Shown: piece after piece, positions 28,181 through 32,000 of the stretch
Position numbering within the stretch: the stretch's first letter is position 1
Layout of the letters: the number at the start of each line of letters is the position of its first letter
DNA from: Enterobacteriaceae endosymbiont of Donacia provostii
GTDB lineage: Bacteria > Pseudomonadota > Gammaproteobacteria > Enterobacterales > Enterobacteriaceae
Reading direction: 5' to 3'
Length of the DNA stretch: 32,000 nt
NCBI RefSeq assembly: GCF_012570145.1
Contig: NZ_CP046206.1
Location: 272,324 to 304,323 of the forward strand
Program-made: the position numbers and the translations under genes
The notes under the pieces: generated by a model
The model's database searches: none
The model's input: only the letters and a program-made list of their open reading frames with translations
Told to the model about the DNA's origin: nothing

Positions 28181-28456
28181 TTATTTATCTTTATAACTAT
28201 ATTTTTTTTTAGCAATATAATATTTTTTTGAATAAGATTTTTTAAACTTATTAATTAATTCAAATTTGATATTTTTATTAAAAATTTTAATATTTTTAGT
28301 TTTTTGTAACAAATTTTTTCTAAATAAAAAAGATAATTCAATAATTTGAATATTCATTAAATAATTTTATATATTTCCTATATCTTTATTATTAATTTTA
28401 TATTCATTAATAATAGTTCCAACTATATGACGTATTTCAATTTTTATCTTTTTTAC
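28181..28456 (-). pseudogene. deaD: Frame-disrupted 3' continuation of deaD, encoding the C-terminal DbpA-type RNA-binding domain plus a basic tail
   Basis: Hand translation downstream of the ORF's TAG stop gives MDVYRINIGKKDKN*, then ..IEIRHIVGTIINEYKINNKDIGNI*, then IKLFNEYSNY*, then IIELSFLFRKNLLQKTKNIKIFNKNIKFELI...KDK*. These alternate between two frames. They are collinear with E. coli DeaD [49 protein letters not shown]...[21 protein letters not shown]. The first frame switch lies just inside the ORF (28481-28520). Confidence 0.75.
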
Positions 28457-29890
28457 CTATATTAATACGATAAACATCCATTTTATTACAAAATTTTTGT
28501 TGTTTTTTTGCAAATATTTATGCTTAAAATTTTTTTTATGAAATTGTTTTTTTACATTATCTATATTCGAATCTGGAGCTAATATTAAAGGATTTTTATA
28601 TTGAGATAATTTTAATAAAATTATCATTAGAATTTCTTTATTTATTTCATTATTTGTTATGATTTTTGATATAATTTTTTCATATTGTATTAAATCTTTC
28701 TTTTTTATTAATTTTATTTCTTTCTTTATTTTAAAAATAAATTTTTCTAATCTTTTTTTGCTTAAAATTTTATAATCAGGTAAATATACTTCATTAATAT
28801 TACATTTAATTCTATATGTAACATTTTTTAAAAATCTCTTTTCTCTATATTCAATAAATGTTAAAGATTTACCCTTTCTACCTGCACGTCCTGTTCTACC
28901 AATACGATGAATATAAGATTCAATATCCATTGGTATATCATAATTTATAACCAAATCAATTCTATTAACATCTAATCCTCTAGCAGCAATATCAGTAGCA
29001 ATTAAAATATCTAATTTACCATTTCTAAAATTTTTTAGTGTTTGTTCTCTATTTCGTTGATTCATATCTCCATTTAATGCTGCACTATTATAATCATATT
29101 GTTTTAATTTATCAGAAACTTCAATAGTTGAAGTTTTAGTTTTTACAAAAATTAATACCGCATCATAACTTTCAGTTTCTAAAAATTTCATTAAAGCTTC
29201 TATTTTATTACCACGTACAAACCAATAATTTTGTTTTATATCAGGTATAGTTTTAATATTTGTTTTTATAGTAATTTCATATGGATGAATCATAAAATTT
29301 TTAGTAATATTTTTAATTTTTTGTGGCATTGTTGCGGAAAATAATGAAGTTTGATGTTTTTTAGGTATATTTTTTAATATTTTTTCAACATCTTCAATAA
29401 AACCCATTCTTAACATTTCATCTGCTTCATCTATAACTAAATTTGTTAAATAAGATAAATCAACAGTTTTTCTTTTAATATGATCTAATAAACGTCCTGG
29501 TGTTGCTATAATAATATGAGATCCAATACGTAAATTTTTTAATTGTATATGATATGATTGTCCACCATATAACGCTAAAATATTAATATATTTTATATAT
29601 TTAGAAAATATTAAAATTGTTTCATATACTTGTATTGCTAATTCTCTAGTTGGTGTTAAAATTAGTACTTGAATTTTTTTAATAGATAAATTTATATTAT
29701 TCAATAAAGGTAATATAAAAGCTGCAGTTTTTCCACTACCTGTTTGAGCTATTCCTAAAACATCTTTATTTAATAATAAATGTGGAATACATTTTTTTTG
29801 TATAGGTGAAGGATTTGAATATCCTATATCATTTAAAGCTTGCAAAAGAGATTTTTTTAAACCAAAATTCGAAAAAGTAATATTCGTCAT
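28457..29890 (-). CDS. deaD: ATP-dependent DEAD-box RNA helicase DeaD/CsdA (helicase core, as an intact ORF)
   Basis: Motifs AQTGSGKT, PTRELA, DEAD (VIDEADEML), SAT and HRIGRTGRAG are present. MTNITFSNFGLKKSLLQALNDIGYSNPSPIQ matches E. coli [28 protein letters not shown]. The track ORF starts at the ATG at 29908. I prefer the ATG at 29890, which has AGGA about 11 nt upstream and aligns better at the N-terminus. Confidence 0.93.
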   Translation of the reverse strand: MTNITFSNFGLKKSLLQALNDIGYSNPSPIQKKCIPHLLLNKDVLGIAQTGSGKTAAFILPLLNNINLSIKKIQVLILTPTRELAIQVYETILIFSKYIKYINILALYGGQSYHIQLKNLRIGSHIIIATPGRLLDHIKRKTVDLSYLTNLVIDEADEMLRMGFIEDVEKILKNIPKKHQTSLFSATMPQKIKNITKNFMIHPYEITIKTNIKTIPDIKQNYWFVRGNKIEALMKFLETESYDAVLIFVKTKTSTIEVSDKLKQYDYNSAALNGDMNQRNREQTLKNFRNGKLDILIATDIAARGLDVNRIDLVINYDIPMDIESYIHRIGRTGRAGRKGKSLTFIEYREKRFLKNVTYRIKCNINEVYLPDYKILSKKRLEKFIFKIKKEIKLIKKKDLIQYEKIISKIITNNEINKEILMIILLKLSQYKNPLILAPDSNIDNVKKQFHKKNFKHKYLQKNNKNFVIKWMFIVLI

Positions 29891-29991
29891 GTAATATACA
29901 TTCCTCATAAATTTGTTATATTTTAAATATTTTAGTTAGTAATTAATTTATAATTAAAAGATAATAAGGGTTAGAAAGTTAACATTTAAGT

Positions 29992-30028
29992 TTGTAATTA
30001 TGTTTTTAATAATTAAACATAATTACAA
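29992..30028. repeat. Perfect 14-bp inverted repeat with a 9-nt spacer (stem-loop) in the pnp-deaD spacer
   Basis: TTGTAATTATGTTT (29992-30005), spacer ttaataatt, AAACATAATTACAA (30015-30028). Two further G.U pairs are possible at the base. Read directly. Confidence 0.85.
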
Positions 30029-30174
30029 GTGTCAAAATTATTATTTCATATAAATTATAATTGAATAATTATTTTTTATAAACTTTTTTTTTTATAAAAA
30101 TCTTATTTAATATATAAAATTTATAAAAATTATATAATTTATATAAATTTTTTAATAAAATTCATCTTTATCAA

Positions 30175-32000
30175 TTAAATATTATTTATAGCAGCCTTTA
30201 TACTTAATCTAATTCTTCCTTGTTTATCAATTTCCATAACTTTAACTAATACATTTTGTAAAATTTGTAAATAATCACTTACTTTATTAACATGTTGATT
30301 AGTAATTTGAGAAATATGAACTAATCCTTCTTTTCCATTACCTATAGAAATGAAAGCACCAAAATCTACAATACGTATAACTTTACCTGTATAAATTTTT
30401 CCTACAATAATATCTGCTGTAATTTCTTCTATGCGACGAATTGCAAATTGTATTTTTTCATTATTTTTAGCTGCAATTTTAACAATTCCACTATCTTCTA
30501 TTTCAATAATTGTATCAGTTTCTTCAGTTAAAGCTCTAATAACGGATCCACCTTTTCCTATCATATCCTTAATTTTTTCTGGATTAATTTTTAATGTATG
30601 AATTCTAGGCGCGAATTCTGAAATATTTTTTCTAGGAGAAGAAATAGCTTGTTTCATAACTTTTAAAATATGTAATCTAGCTAATTTTGCTTGAAATAAA
30701 GCTAATTTTATAATTTTATAAGTTATTCCTTCTATTTTCATATCCATTTGTAATGCTGTTATACCTTCATTAGTACCTGCAACTTTGAAATCCATATCTC
30801 CTAAATGATCTTCATCACCTAAAATATCTGATAATATTATACAATTATTATTTTCTTTAATTAATCCCATTGCTATGCCAGCTACAGCATTTTTTATAGG
30901 AATACCAGCATCCATCATTGCTAATGATGCGCCACAAACAGAAGCCATTGATGATGAACCATTAGATTCTGTAATTTCAGATACTATACGAATAGTATAA
31001 GGAAATTTATTAATATCAGGCATGACTGGTATTAAAGATTTTTTAGCTAAATTTCCATGACCTATTTCACGTCTTTTAGGAGAACCTAATATTCCAATTT
31101 CACCAACAGAAAAAGAAGGAAAATTATAATGAAATAAAAAATTATCTGTTCTATTATTTATTAAATCATCTAATGGTTGAGCATCTCTATTAGTTCCTAA
31201 TGTAGCAGTAACTAATGCTTGTGTTTCACCTCTTGTAAAGAGAGCAGAACCATGTGTTCTAGGTAAAATACCTATACGTACATCTAAATTACGTATCATA
31301 TCATTTGCACGTCCATCAATTCTAAAGTTATTTTTTATAATATTTTTACGTACAATTTTTTTTTCTAATTCATAAAATATTTCATTTAAATAATTTAAAG
31401 AAATATTTTCATATTCTTTTTCTTTTTTTATTAATTCAAAAATTTTTAATTTTACAGAATCAATTTTATTAATTCTATCTTGTTTTTTTTGAATATTATA
31501 TGCTTTTATTAATTCTTCTTGAGACAAAGAAGCTACTCTTTTTTTTAATTTTTCGTTTATAGGAGACATAATCCATATAGAAGATTTTTTTTCTATTTTA
31601 GAAGATAATTTAATAATATTATTAATTAATATTTGTTGTTGATTATGTCCATATATAATAGCATTTAATATTTGTTCTTCAGTTAAAAGAGAAGATTTTG
31701 CTTCTACCATTAAAATAGCTTTTTTTGTACTAGATACAATTAAATCTAATGAGCTATTTTTTATTTCTTGTGTATTAGGATTTAATATATATTTGTTATT
31801 TATAAATCCTACACGTGCAGTACCAAATGGACCATTAAATGGTATACCAGATAAATTTAAAACAGTAGATGCACCAATTATAGCAACAAGATCTGGATTA
31901 ATTTCTGGATTTACGGACATAACAGTAGCAATAATTTGAATCTCATTTACAAAACCTTTTTTAAATAAAGGTCTTATAGGACGATCAATTAAACGAGAAA
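30175..32000 (-). CDS. pnp: Polyribonucleotide nucleotidyltransferase (PNPase). The 5' end runs off the window end.
   Basis: The track ORF starts at an internal Met. Translation continues in frame to the window edge ([36 protein letters not shown], matching E. coli [36 protein letters not shown]). RNase PH domains, KH ([14 protein letters not shown]) and S1 ([15 protein letters not shown]...GLVHISQI) are all present. Confidence 0.97.
   Translation of the reverse strand, partial: SRLIDRPIRPLFKKGFVNEIQIIATVMSVNPEINPDLVAIIGASTVLNLSGIPFNGPFGTARVGFINNKYILNPNTQEIKNSSLDLIVSSTKKAILMVEAKSSLLTEEQILNAIIYGHNQQQILINNIIKLSSKIEKKSSIWIMSPINEKLKKRVASLSQEELIKAYNIQKKQDRINKIDSVKLKIFELIKKEKEYENISLNYLNEIFYELEKKIVRKNIIKNNFRIDGRANDMIRNLDVRIGILPRTHGSALFTRGETQALVTATLGTNRDAQPLDDLINNRTDNFLFHYNFPSFSVGEIGILGSPKRREIGHGNLAKKSLIPVMPDINKFPYTIRIVSEITESNGSSSMASVCGASLAMMDAGIPIKNAVAGIAMGLIKENNNCIILSDILGDEDHLGDMDFKVAGTNEGITALQMDMKIEGITYKIIKLALFQAKLARLHILKVMKQAISSPRKNISEFAPRIHTLKINPEKIKDMIGKGGSVIRALTEETDTIIEIEDSGIVKIAAKNNEKIQFAIRRIEEITADIIVGKIYTGKVIRIVDFGAFISIGNGKEGLVHISQITNQHVNKVSDYLQILQNVLVKVMEIDKQGRIRLSIKAAINNI

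Noticed and set aside
28181-28357. A 58-codon ORF (MNIQIIELSFLFRKNLLQKTKNIKIFNKNIKFELI...KDK) that could be read as a novel small basic protein between pgi and deaD
   Set aside because: It aligns with the end of the DeaD RNA-binding domain (TIELP...[21 protein letters not shown]) plus the basic tail, and it is in the same frame as the deaD ORF. It is part of the disrupted deaD 3' region, not an independent gene.

Overview
The window is extremely A+T-rich (by eye well above 80% A+T, not computed), gene-dense, and shows no recognisable mobile DNA. This is the signature of a reduced-genome gammaproteobacterial (Enterobacterales-derived) insect endosymbiont of the Buchnera / Wigglesworthia / Blochmannia type. 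I cannot name the species from the sequence alone.

I support 26 protein genes, all core housekeeping and all recognisable by eye against E. coli orthologues:
- rplC (partial), rpsJ, ruvX/yqgF, yggT, hemW, trmB, yggX, rmuC, asnS
- an OmpF-type porin, gloC/ycbL, rpsA, aroA, serC, rodA, mrdA, holA, leuS
- ybeY, miaB, glnS, fldA, ybfF, pgi, deaD, pnp (partial)

There are also five tRNA genes: an Ile(GAU)-Ala(UGC) pair and a Met-Leu(UAG)-Gln(UUG) trio. I see no rRNA, CRISPR array, IS or phage remnant, or any defence, toxin-antitoxin or secretion module.

I did not find a convincing novel multi-gene system and will not invent one. These observations are worth a second look:
1. The C-terminal RNA-binding domain of deaD is still readable downstream of the ORF's stop codon, but it is broken across two frames by four small indels, at least one and probably two of them in poly(A) runs.
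2. An 867-bp ORF-free spacer between rmuC and asnS contains a 20-bp perfect GATA/TATC palindrome.
3. The Ile/Ala tRNAs normally found in the 16S-23S spacer occur here as a stand-alone unit.
4. The tRNA genes show several oddities: none encodes CCA, tRNA-Ala has an extra nucleotide, tRNA-Leu(UAG) has A37 and an enlarged variable arm, and tRNA-Met has mismatches.
5. A 14-bp perfect inverted repeat sits where nlpI would lie, between pnp and deaD.
6. A 10-gene co-directional array has been stitched together from several ancestral loci. Many neighbours are missing from their syntenic positions (mutY, cmk, lptE, ybeZ, ihfB, nlpI and others).
7. A12-A13 homopolymers occur inside intact ORFs.
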